The notes beneath the pieces were generated by a model that was given only the letters and a program-made list of their open reading frames with translations, made no database searches and had not been told where the DNA came from. Shown here one piece after another: positions 1-9,047 of a DNA stretch of 64,000 bases. This stretch comes from Flavobacteriales bacterium. Its GTDB lineage: Bacteria > Bacteroidota > Bacteroidia > Flavobacteriales_F > PHOS-HE28. Positions within the stretch are counted from its first letter, which is position 1. Each line of letters opens with the position of its first letter. Position numbers and translations under genes: made by a program. The stretch spans positions 105,424 through 169,423 of the forward strand of contig JADKHI010000002.1 in assembly GCA_016721825.1 (NCBI GenBank). The letters run 5' to 3'.

Positions 1-1179
1 CGATCGTTCCTCCTGTGCGGAGAGCAGCTTGTTCAGGCGTTTCTCCAGTTGCTGCGCTTCTTCATGGAAATTGCGCTTGCGGGCCAAGTGGAGCAGCACG
101 TTCAACGCTTCGATCTCCTGATCGGTGCGACCTGATTGATGGGCCAGGAGCTCCGCTTCCGTGGCCACTGCCCGGGATTCCGAGAACTGCCCGTCCAACA
201 ACGCGATGCTGGCCTTGAGCACCTTGCTGCGGATCAGTATTTCCCCGAGCTTGTGGCGTTCTGCGCGAAGCATGGCGTTCTCCACCACGCTCATGGCGGT
301 CGTGTATTGCCCAAGTTCAGCGTAGGCAACGGCCGTATTGATCAGAACGCGTTCGTACAGGTCAGGCATATCGTACAGCCACGTGGCAGCCTCGCGGAAG
401 TGATCCAGTGCTTGCGCGTGATCGTTGAGCTTCAGGTCCAGTTCACCAAGGTTGTTCAGGACGATGCCACGGTCGGTTCCTTCTCCTGTCGTGTGGCACA
501 GGATCAATAGGTCCGTCGCGAAGCGGCGTGCATCCTCATACCTTCCTTCGCTGACCTCCAGGGCTGAGAGGGCGGAGTAGACCTTGAAGAGCGTCTCCTG
601 GTCTTTCCGTGCCTGGGCCCGTTCTATGATGTCCGCGTAAGCGTTACGTGCATGTTGGCCATCGCCCAAGGCTTGTGAACTGGTGGCCGCGATCCAGAGG
701 GCCTCTTCCTCGACCCCTGGATCGACCCCTTGCAGGTCGAGTAAGAGCTCCGCATAATCCAAGGCACGCTGAGCAACGTTCGCCTTCATGTAGGATCGGG
801 CCAACCAGAGCGTGATCTCGGAGCGGGTGCTGATGTCCGCATCTTCCGCGAAAGCGTAGGCCTTCAGGGCGTTGGAAAGCGATCGGGTCTGAGATCCCTG
901 CCGTGCTTCTGAACGGGACAGGAGCAGGAGCGCGTTAGCGACGATGTCATCGCGGTCCGAACCTTGGCCTTCCTGAACGCAAAGGGTCGCCAAGTCATTG
1001 ACGTCCTCATGACTGTTGATGGACGCTGCCGCCTTTGTGGCGCTCAGGAGGATCTCCGCCCGTTGTTCCGCGTTGTCCGCTTTGCCAACGGATGCGAGCA
1101 GCTCGGTCAAGGTCTGTGCCGAGCACGGGCTTCCGACCAAGGCGAACGTGAAGAGGACGATGAGCGAGCGGACCTTCAT
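1..1179 (-). CDS. TPR-like repeat protein with signal peptide (N-terminal part only; C-terminus lies beyond window start)
   Basis: Absent from the ORF track because it runs off the window. Reverse-strand ATG (cat 1177-1179) gives MKVRSLIVLFTFALVGSPCSAQ, then an open frame to base 1. The frame is made of A/L/E-rich helical repeats (e.g. NNLGELDLKLNDHAQALDHFREA). It starts 2 nt after the stop of the receptor remnant upstream. Confidence 0.7.
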   Translation of the reverse strand, partial: MKVRSLIVLFTFALVGSPCSAQTLTELLASVGKADNAEQRAEILLSATKAAASINSHEDVNDLATLCVQEGQGSDRDDIVANALLLLSRSEARQGSQTRSLSNALKAYAFAEDADISTRSEITLWLARSYMKANVAQRALDYAELLLDLQGVDPGVEEEALWIAATSSQALGDGQHARNAYADIIERAQARKDQETLFKVYSALSALEVSEGRYEDARRFATDLLILCHTTGEGTDRGIVLNNLGELDLKLNDHAQALDHFREAATWLYDMPDLYERVLINTAVAYAELGQYTTAMSVVENAMLRAERHKLGEILIRSKVLKASIALLDGQFSESRAVATEAELLAHQSGRTDQEIEALNVLLHLARKRNFHEEAQQLEKRLNKLLSAQEERS

Positions 1180-1181
1180 GA

Positions 1182-3189
1182 TCAGAACGGGAATCGGTAG
1201 TTGATCTGCAGCGTCCATTCACGTCCGTTGAGCGGAAAGGCTGCGAGCCCGTTGTTGTAGGCGGAGAGAAGCTCGAGACGTTGGTCCAGGATGTTCCTGC
1301 AGCCAGCTACGAGGGTGAGGCCTTCCACAAGGCGCGAACGGTAGCCGATCCCCATGTCCAACCGTAGCGTTGCGGGGTGCCGCCGAAGGTCGAGGTCGGT
1401 CTCGGAGTCATCGCGGAACGCGTAGGAACAGGCTTCGCTCTGCCAGATGCCCGCCGCGCGGAGGTCCAGTTGCGTTCCGATCTTCAACAAGCCGGTCAGC
1501 GTGGCTTTCTGGCGGGGGCTCCGAGGAAAGCCTTGTCCGTGCCTTGGGAAGCTCGATCTCGGGAAGGTCCGTCCACGCCGTGTCCGCCGTGTATCGACCG
1601 TAGGATCCGAACAGCTGGAGCGCACCGCTGGTGTAGCGAAGCCTCAGTTCCGCACCGTCCGAAGCGGAGCGGGTCCGGTTGATGTAGGAATCGCCACTGG
1701 CTTCAGTGTAAACGTATACGATCGGCGCGTGCAGTTCGCTGCGGAAGGCCACGATGGAAAGGTCCCAGCGGCTCTGGGAGCGGAATCCGATCTCCGCTTC
1801 ATAGGTGCGGGCTGATTCCGTTCTAAGGCCGCCCGTGTTCACGGCCAGGTCGATGTTCTGGAAGGTCGGCGTTTTGAAGGCCTTTGCCGCTTGCAGCTTG
1901 AAGTGCAAGGGACCGAACAGACCCACATAGGCGATACGCGGTGCGAAGAGCAGCTCGGCCAGGGTGTTATACTCCACACGGGAACCGGCAGTGAGCTGCC
2001 CCCATGTGCGCTAGGTGGTGACCTCATTGGCCCACGCGGCATCCAAGGCTACGAGACGGTCCGTACCGGTCGCATTGAAGGCATTCCCTTCGGTATGGTT
2101 GAGGAAGCGGCTCTGATCACGGAAGGCGGAGACCCGCGAACGCACCGTCCACTTGGGGCTGGGTGTCCAGATGAGGTCCGCACCCAAGGAGGCCCGCTGG
2201 TCAAGCGTGTTGATGGCCGTGTAGAGCCAGGTGCTGTCGTTCTGGACGTTCCAGGGCAGCTGGAAGCGGTAGCTGCCTGTGAGCGCGATGCGTGCAGTGC
2301 TGTTCTGCATCAGGGTCTGATCCCCTTGCAACATCACGGTGCGCATCTCCACATCGTAGGTGCGGTCGCTCACCTGGTTGTTGGTGCTGCTGGTGTAGAA
2401 CTGACCCTTGAACCTGCGGCGGTGCAGGCTGAAGTAGCCGCTCATGCTGTTGGTGAAGGTGCTGTCGCCGTAGTGTATCGGTGTGCCATCGGAGCTGCTG
2501 CTCACCGCATTGGAGCGGTTGGCAAGCGTCAGGTCCACCCCGTACGACAGTTCGGTCTCGGCGGATGCGCGATGGCTTCCGTAGAGCTGTATCTGCCGCA
2601 GCGCGCTGGCACCGTTGGAGAAACTCTGGCTCGCAACGAACTCGGTGCCTTCCAGATCGGCCACATCCTTGGTGATGATGTTGATGACGCCAAGGGCGGC
2701 GAATCCACCATGGAGAAGGGATCCGCTGCCATTGATGACCTCGATGCGGCTGATGTTCGCCATCGGCACACGCACGCCAAGGGCGAATGTTCCGAAAGAG
2801 CTTTCGTTCAGCGGCATGCCGTTCAGCATGAAGAGGCATTTCCCCTCGTGCGCCCACTGTCCTCGGATGAAGAGCCCGGTCAGGTCGTCCACATCGCGAC
2901 CGATCGAAAGACCGGGCACCAAGTTCAGTGCCTCCTCCAAGGTGCGGGCGCCGCTCGCCTTGATGTCGTCGGCCGTTAGGATGGTGATGGTGCCGGTGGC
3001 TTCGCGGACATCGAGCGCTGCACCGTTGGCCAGTTCCGTACGCTGGCCGGAAGACTTACCGATGGTGGAGTCCTGCACCAGAAGTGCCTCCACGGTGCTC
3101 ACCCGCATAAGCCCGCTCAAGCTATCCTCCTGCGAGAAGCAGAGGGTTGCCGTGGACAGGGCGAGAATATAGGACGCAAGTGCTCTCAT
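1182..3189 (-). pseudogene. TonB-dependent receptor, disrupted by an in-frame TAG plus a frameshift
   Basis: Three collinear ORF pieces. Piece 2011..3240 carries the plug motifs DVREATGTITILTADDIKASGARTLEEALNLVPGLSI and FMLNGMPLNE. Piece 1408..1977 is in the same frame, after the stop cta at 2011-2013. Piece 1182..1625 is in another frame and ends ...WTLQINYRFPF with the canonical C-terminal Phe. Likely start is MRALASYILALSTATLCFSQ at 3189. Confidence 0.8.
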
Positions 3190-3357
3190 GATGGACCGGT
3201 GGTACTGGTCGACCGGTGGGGAGAGCACCTTTCGGGGCATTGGAACGGGAAAGGCGCCGGAAGGTTCCTCGTTCGTGGTAGAAGTTGTTCTACAGGCTGT
3301 TCAGTAGTGAACATCTGGGGGATGACCACTTTGGTCGGACAGGTGGGTGGCCTGTCG

Positions 3358-3365
3358 TTCCTTTG
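3358..3365 (+). promoter_or_regulatory. -7-like box TTCCTTTG, 6 nt upstream of the rimO ATG
   Basis: One mismatch to the Bacteroidetes -7 consensus TAnnTTTG. A TTTG lies at 3330-3333. No Shine-Dalgarno-like purine run in the gap. Confidence 0.35.
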
Positions 3366-3371
3366 CACCCC

Positions 3372-4682
3372 ATGAAGGCCAAGACCCTCCGCAGGACCAA
3401 GGTGAACGTGATCACCCTTGGCTGCTCGAAGAACACCTTTGACAGTGAAGTGATGATGGCCCAGTTGAAGGCCAACGGGATCGCTGTGGACCATGAGGCG
3501 GGCCATGACGATCACAACGTGGTGGTGATCAACACCTGCGGGTTCATAGAGAACGCCAAGCAGGAGAGCATTGATACCATCCTCAGTTGGGCCAAGGCCA
3601 AGGACGAGGGGATGGTGGAGAAGGTCTATGTCACCGGCTGCCTGAGCCAGCGCTATGGTCCGGAGCTGCAGGCGGGTATTCCGCAGGTGGATGCCTGGTT
3701 CGGTACGCGTGACCTGCCCCGCCTGTTGAAGACCTTGAAAGCCGACTACAAGCACGAACTGGTGGGGGAGCGGTTGCTCACAACGCCAGCCCATTTCGCC
3801 TACTTCAAGATCAGCGAGGGCTGCGATCGCAAGTGCAGTTTCTGCGCGATCCCCTTGATGCGCGGCAAGCACATCAGCACCCCGGCCGACCAGCTCGTCA
3901 CAAATGCGAAGGCGCTCGCAGCCCAAGGGGTGAAGGAACTGATCCTAATCGCTCAGGACCTTACTTACTATGGGCTGGATCTCTATGGTAAGCGCAATCT
4001 CGACGAACTAGTGCGCCGCCTAAGCGATGTGGAAGGCATCGATTGGATCCGTCTCCACTACGCCTTCCCGAGCGGCTTCCCCATGGAGGTGTTGGATGTG
4101 ATGCGCGAGCGTTCCAACATCTGTAAGTACCTCGACATGCCGTTACAGCATGGCAGTTCGAACCTGCTGAAGCGCATGCGGCGCGGCATCACGCAGGAGC
4201 GGACCGAGAAGTTGGTGAACGACATCCGCGACCGCGTCCCGGGCATCGCCATTCGGACCACATTGATAGCGGGGTTCCCGGGCGAGACCCAGGCTGACCA
4301 CGAGGATGGGCTTCGTTGGATCGAGCGGATGCGCTTCGATCGCCTTGGCTGCTTCACCTACAGCCATGAGGAGGATACCCACGCCTTCACCATGGAGGAC
4401 GATGTTCCCTTCGAAGTGAAGCAGGAGCGCGCCAGTGAGATGATGGAGGTGCAGGGTGGGATCAGCTTCGAACTGAACCAGCAGAAGGTTGGGAAGGAGT
4501 TCCGCGTTCTGGTGGACAAGGCGGAGGGCGGTTTCTACCACGCCCGCACCGAGCACGATTCTCCTGAGGTGGACAATGATGTGCTTGTCCCGACCGCTGC
4601 AGGACACCTGCGCATCGGCGACTTCGCCCAGGTGCGTGTCACCTCCGCACGGGAGCACGAGCTTGAAGCAGTACCGGTCTGA
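3372..4682 (+). CDS. rimO: ribosomal protein S12 methylthiotransferase RimO (radical SAM)
   Basis: KVNVITLGCSKN N-terminus, radical-SAM CDRKCSFCAIP, and YLDMPLQHGSSNLLKRMRRG. I took the internal ATG at 3372 (MKAKTLRR) rather than the ORF-track start at 3285. Confidence 0.9.
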   Translation: MKAKTLRRTKVNVITLGCSKNTFDSEVMMAQLKANGIAVDHEAGHDDHNVVVINTCGFIENAKQESIDTILSWAKAKDEGMVEKVYVTGCLSQRYGPELQAGIPQVDAWFGTRDLPRLLKTLKADYKHELVGERLLTTPAHFAYFKISEGCDRKCSFCAIPLMRGKHISTPADQLVTNAKALAAQGVKELILIAQDLTYYGLDLYGKRNLDELVRRLSDVEGIDWIRLHYAFPSGFPMEVLDVMRERSNICKYLDMPLQHGSSNLLKRMRRGITQERTEKLVNDIRDRVPGIAIRTTLIAGFPGETQADHEDGLRWIERMRFDRLGCFTYSHEEDTHAFTMEDDVPFEVKQERASEMMEVQGGISFELNQQKVGKEFRVLVDKAEGGFYHARTEHDSPEVDNDVLVPTAAGHLRIGDFAQVRVTSAREHELEAVPV

Positions 4683-4684
4683 CG

Positions 4685-7600
4685 CTAAGCGCCGTGGATC
4701 GAATGCGCGAACCGCACGATCACGCACGTTCCTTTCCCCGGTTCACTTTCGATCTCGAAGGTTCCGTTGATCGCCCGAAGGAGTTCGCTCACGATATAAT
4801 AGCCCAAACCTTGATCGGTCTCTGAGTTGTGCCGTTCATGGGTTGTGCCGTGCGCGTCGCGAATAGCGTGGAGCAAAGCGATGTCCTCTGCTGACATGCC
4901 GATGCCGGTATCCGTGATCATCAACTGGCAACGATCAGGCCAAGACGCTGAGGTAACGCTGATGCTACCGTTCTCCGTATGGTTCAGCGCGTTCGTCAAC
5001 AGGTTGCGCAACACGATGGTGAGGATGTTCCGATCGGTGATGAGCTCATCGCCGGTAGGGATGAGGTTCTTCAACACCACGCTCTTGTTCAGTGCCTGCT
5101 CGCGCATCAGGTCCAGTACATCTCCAGCCGAGTGGTGAAGGTTCGCTGGCCCTAGCTGCGGATTGATGATACCCTCCTGGTGCTTCATCCACTGCAACAT
5201 GTCATCTGTGGTGGAGTACAGCTTGTCCGCCGTTCCGCTCATGTCCTTCAATGCACGACGCACGGATACCACGTCCTGGGCGTCCAAGGCTCTTTCACTG
5301 GAGCGCGCAACGCGAGACATGAAGCGGAGCGGGGATACGATGTCGTGCGTGATGATGCTCATCATACGAGCTTTCAGCTTCACTGCGGCATGCAGCTCTT
5401 CGTTGGTCTGGCTCAGCTCCAATGTGCGCGCTTGGATGGCCGCCTCAAGTTCCTTGTTGCGCTGCGCAGCTCTTCGGGAGAAGACCCAGATCGTGAGCAA
5501 CACGGAGATGAGCGCGAGCAAGGCCAGCACGGCCATGCCGGGTAAGCTGCGAAAGAACGGCGTTCGAATTTCGAACCAGAGGGACTCTTGTCCGCTGATC
5601 AGCACGGGCACTCCATTGGTCCGTCGGACACGGATCAAATGTTCTCCGTAGGGCATCTTGCTCAACACGATCCGGCCATTGCTCACATCCATGGGGACCC
5701 ACTTTTCGGTGGCTCCGTCCACGTAATACTCCAACTGCAGGTCGGCCTGATCCCCCCAATAGGGTATGGAATACTCAAAGATGATCTCGCGCGTCCGGGG
5801 TCCTAAGGACATGGCATCATTCACGGACCATTTGCTGCCGTCCACATAAGTGTTCTCGAACAGGATCAAGTTGTTGAAGGACTGGTCCGGCATGTCCGAG
5901 GGCGAAAAGACCACGGAGCCCTCAAGGGAGGGGAACGCGACGCGGCCATCTGCAAGTTCCACAACGGCCGGTGTGCAACCGCCATTGAACTCACTGTTGT
6001 CCAGACCGGCCCGCTCCCTGAAGTACGCATACATAAGGCCTAGGGAAGGGTTGGCCAGTTGCGTGTCCAGATCGCTCAAGGAAGTTCGAACGAGGCCCTG
6101 ATTGGTCGACATCCAGAGAAAGCCCTTCTTGTCCACATGGAACGCATGAACATGTTTCAACAGTTCAAGTCCATCCATGGGCAGCGCGCGCACCGAATCG
6201 CCATCGACCACGTAGGCGCCGTCCGAGTAGGTGCCGATGAAGAGGCGGTCTCCGTGTTTCAGAAGGACCCTTGCGCAAACGGTCTCCAACCCCGGATGCG
6301 GGATCAGGGTGTCCCCATCCACACAATATCGCAGCAAGCCACTGCACGTACCGATCAGTAGCTCATTGGAAAGACCTCTTGCGATGAAGTGGATGTTCGC
6401 CTGAGGCGATGGCACGTCCATCAGGTGGAGGGTACTCAACTGGCCCTTCGTCAGAACACTGATGCCGACGTCGGTTCCGACCCACAACGTGTCTTGTTCC
6501 AACAGCAGCGCTCGAACGGCCGCATCCATGCGGCCTAGAAGGGTTGTTCGTTCATCACGAGAGGAATAGAGCAACAAGCTGTCCCAACTGCCGTAGATGA
6601 CTGAACCGCTTTCAGGCTGAACGACCGATCGATACCCGCGATTTGCCTTGATAGGGAGCACCTCGGAGCCCTCATCGGAGAGGTAGAGCACCGTGCCATC
6701 TCCAGCGAAAGACAGGACCGAATGTGCGCCCCAGGGGAGTTGAGCATAGATGTTCATGTTCCCTTTGCCACCTTCGAACAGAGAGGAACTCCATGTCCGC
6801 ATGATCCGCTCGCGGAAAACGAAGAGACCGCGTACATCGGTGCCGAGCAAAAGGACGTTCTCCGATGGTGACCATACCGCAGCGTTCAGCGCACAGTTCT
6901 CCAATTCGGGACGCAGGAGCGAACGCGCCGACAACATGTCCGGGTCGTTAGTAGGTTCGATGACCCAGAGGTCCTCATCATTCCAGAAGAGCGCGTGTTG
7001 TTCGCCGTTCCGCCAGAACGTTCGCTCCTTGGCATCCGGCCCACGAACTGGCTCCCTTCCATCCTTCCATTTCACCGGCTTCAAGCTCCCCACTTCTCCC
7101 ATGGTCCACCAGCCGTCGCGCGAATTGAGATAGGTGCACCCGTTGAAGGAGAAGAGCGCATTGGGCTCGAAGGGCAAGGGTGTGCGCTTCACCATCGCCG
7201 TATCAACGTACGATCGCACTTCGGACCGTATTGCGGCCACCCATCGATGATCATCGATCGGGGCGACCCTCATCAGGAGGTTGTCGTAGGGAGTGTTCCC
7301 ATTCCTGGCATCGCTTTGCTCCAGCAGTTCCATGAGCAACTCTGCGGAAGGGAAGCCCCCTCTGAGGGTCAAACCTGAGCGGAGCCCGGAAAGGGGAATG
7401 ACAGCGAAGTGCCCATGGATCATGTACAGGTTCCGATTGGCATCGTCGACCAGCAGTTCACCTTGGGCCGTGGTGATCAAGTGGCGCATGCGCTCCGTGG
7501 ACGGCACATCCGCAGCGGGTAAGTGGAAGGTGCGGAACGCGTGTCCATCGTAGCGGACAAGGCCGCCCTCCGTGGTCAACCACAGATAGCCCATGCTGTC

Positions 7601-7762
7601 CATGGCCATGTCGATCACACTGTTCTGCGGAAGACCATCGTTGACCATGAAGTGCTCCATGGTCCAATGGTCGTCACGCCTGTCCTGAGCGTGCAAGGCC
7701 ATCCACGGGAAGCAGCATGCCAGAAGCAGGCCGAGGGCAAGGTGCTTACCAGCCTTAACCAT
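4685..7762 (-). CDS. sensor histidine kinase with periplasmic two-component-regulator propeller / Y_Y_Y region
   Basis: Signal/anchor, then GLPQNSVIDMAMDSMGYLWLTTEGGLVRYDG propeller repeats and a Y_Y_Y-like segment (FEYSIPYWGDQADLQLEYYVDG). These are followed by a TM helix, coiled coil, H-box ITHDIVSPLRF, and ATPase motifs NLLTNALNHT and DTGIGM. Confidence 0.9.
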   Translation of the reverse strand: MVKAGKHLALGLLLACCFPWMALHAQDRRDDHWTMEHFMVNDGLPQNSVIDMAMDSMGYLWLTTEGGLVRYDGHAFRTFHLPAADVPSTERMRHLITTAQGELLVDDANRNLYMIHGHFAVIPLSGLRSGLTLRGGFPSAELLMELLEQSDARNGNTPYDNLLMRVAPIDDHRWVAAIRSEVRSYVDTAMVKRTPLPFEPNALFSFNGCTYLNSRDGWWTMGEVGSLKPVKWKDGREPVRGPDAKERTFWRNGEQHALFWNDEDLWVIEPTNDPDMLSARSLLRPELENCALNAAVWSPSENVLLLGTDVRGLFVFRERIMRTWSSSLFEGGKGNMNIYAQLPWGAHSVLSFAGDGTVLYLSDEGSEVLPIKANRGYRSVVQPESGSVIYGSWDSLLLYSSRDERTTLLGRMDAAVRALLLEQDTLWVGTDVGISVLTKGQLSTLHLMDVPSPQANIHFIARGLSNELLIGTCSGLLRYCVDGDTLIPHPGLETVCARVLLKHGDRLFIGTYSDGAYVVDGDSVRALPMDGLELLKHVHAFHVDKKGFLWMSTNQGLVRTSLSDLDTQLANPSLGLMYAYFRERAGLDNSEFNGGCTPAVVELADGRVAFPSLEGSVVFSPSDMPDQSFNNLILFENTYVDGSKWSVNDAMSLGPRTREIIFEYSIPYWGDQADLQLEYYVDGATEKWVPMDVSNGRIVLSKMPYGEHLIRVRRTNGVPVLISGQESLWFEIRTPFFRSLPGMAVLALLALISVLLTIWVFSRRAAQRNKELEAAIQARTLELSQTNEELHAAVKLKARMMSIITHDIVSPLRFMSRVARSSERALDAQDVVSVRRALKDMSGTADKLYSTTDDMLQWMKHQEGIINPQLGPANLHHSAGDVLDLMREQALNKSVVLKNLIPTGDELITDRNILTIVLRNLLTNALNHTENGSISVTSASWPDRCQLMITDTGIGMSAEDIALLHAIRDAHGTTHERHNSETDQGLGYYIVSELLRAINGTFEIESEPGKGTCVIVRFAHSIHGA

Positions 7763-8360
7763 GCTCGTTCACCATCCGCTGCAGATCAAGCACGCTGGTA
7801 GCACCCAACTTGTCGTAGAGCCTACGCTTGTAGGTGGCCACTGTGGTGGCCTCCAGGTCCAGGCGAAGGGCGATCTCCTTCGCGGAACGGCCGGTGAGCA
7901 GTTCGTGCATGATGTTGATCTCGCGCGTGGATAGCGCACTGAATGGCGAAGCGCTGAAGGCCGGTGTTGGATCCGTATGGGTCACCGGAGCATGGATCAG
8001 TCGTTTCATGGTCTCCAAGAGCTCACTGTCCGAACATTGCTTGTTCAGGAACTCGTTGACACCTGAGCGGAGGATCGTCTCTTTGAAGACCCGAGCGCTG
8101 GTCATGGAGAACACCAGGATACGGAGGTCCGGGTACATCAGGCGAAGCTGACCGATGGAGCCGAAGGAATTGCGATCGGCTAGCTGAAGGTCCAGGATCA
8201 GCAGATCGGGTTGTGTCTTGGATAGCTCGCGCAACAGCTCGGTCATGCTGGCCGCCTCACGGATGGTGACCTGGGGATAATGTTCTCGCAACAGGAACTG
8301 AAGGCCTCTGCGAACGATCACATGATCATCGGCGATCAGGATGTCTTTTCCGTTCATCAT
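7755..8360 (-). CDS. response regulator, REC + LuxR/NarL-type HTH
   Basis: ILIADDHVIVRRGL and DLLILDLQL receiver motifs. C-terminal LSTREINIMHELLTGRSAKEIALRLDLEATTVATYKRRLYDKLG. Its 3' end overlaps the kinase start by 8 nt. Confidence 0.92.
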   Translation of the reverse strand: MMNGKDILIADDHVIVRRGLQFLLREHYPQVTIREAASMTELLRELSKTQPDLLILDLQLADRNSFGSIGQLRLMYPDLRILVFSMTSARVFKETILRSGVNEFLNKQCSDSELLETMKRLIHAPVTHTDPTPAFSASPFSALSTREINIMHELLTGRSAKEIALRLDLEATTVATYKRRLYDKLGATSVLDLQRMVNEHG

Positions 8361-8579
8361 GGTAATGATACTGGGCCGCCAAGGCCTATGCGTAGTCGCT
8401 TTTCTACAGGGTTGACCAGATGGGCTGAATCTACCTTCGGCGCGGTTTTACGAACGTATTGAACGGGGGCCTTCGCGGCAGCACCAGGAAGGCAGGCTTG
8501 TCCAAAAGACAGGTACTGCCGGGAGAGTCCGAGGTGTTGTTGGAGGGCCCCTCTCTCATTTTGGTGATCGAGGAACTGG

Positions 8580-9044
8580 TCATTTTTCGTGATCGTTCTC
8601 CGGTGCGCTCGAAAGGCTTCGGAAGTAGGCCATGAGCGTTGCACGTTGGGCCTCGCTCAGTCGGGCATCGGCATGGGTCCAGGTGTAGCTCGGCAACGGC
8701 ATCTCGCCCTCCTCCAGCATTTCCACCGCCTCTTTCACCTTATGGTCCCGCTTCTTCACGGACGCCTTTCCCCAGCTGGAAACGTCGAAATGCTCCCGTC
8801 CTTCATTGACATGGTGTTGGAGCCACCAGCTGATGGGGGCCACGTTCGCGTACCACGGGTACCTCGGTTGACCGCTGTGGCAATCGTAACAGGCCATGCG
8901 CAAGATCGCCTCCACTTCCGCTGAAGGCTTGGTCACAGCGATCAGGTCATTGAGCGGGTCCACAGGTTCGGCGGTCCGCTCCGGTCGGATCAACTGGATC
9001 AGCAACACGGCCAGCAGACAGGCGAGCAGGAGCTTGCGTTTCAT
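8580..9044 (-). CDS. haem-binding-domain protein (small secreted/anchored)
   Basis: MACYDCHSGQPRYPWYANVAPISWWLQHHVNEGREHFDVSSW matches the haem-binding domain family as I recall it. N-terminal hydrophobic anchor present. Confidence 0.75.
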   Translation of the reverse strand: MKRKLLLACLLAVLLIQLIRPERTAEPVDPLNDLIAVTKPSAEVEAILRMACYDCHSGQPRYPWYANVAPISWWLQHHVNEGREHFDVSSWGKASVKKRDHKVKEAVEMLEEGEMPLPSYTWTHADARLSEAQRATLMAYFRSLSSAPENDHEK

Positions 9045-9047
9045 GGC

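Noticed and set aside
2011-2013. In-frame TAG in the TonB receptor as programmed recoding (e.g. pyrrolysine or suppression).
   Set aside because: There is no pyl machinery or precedent in this phylum. The gene also carries an independent frameshift, so a pseudogene or sequencing error is the simpler reading.
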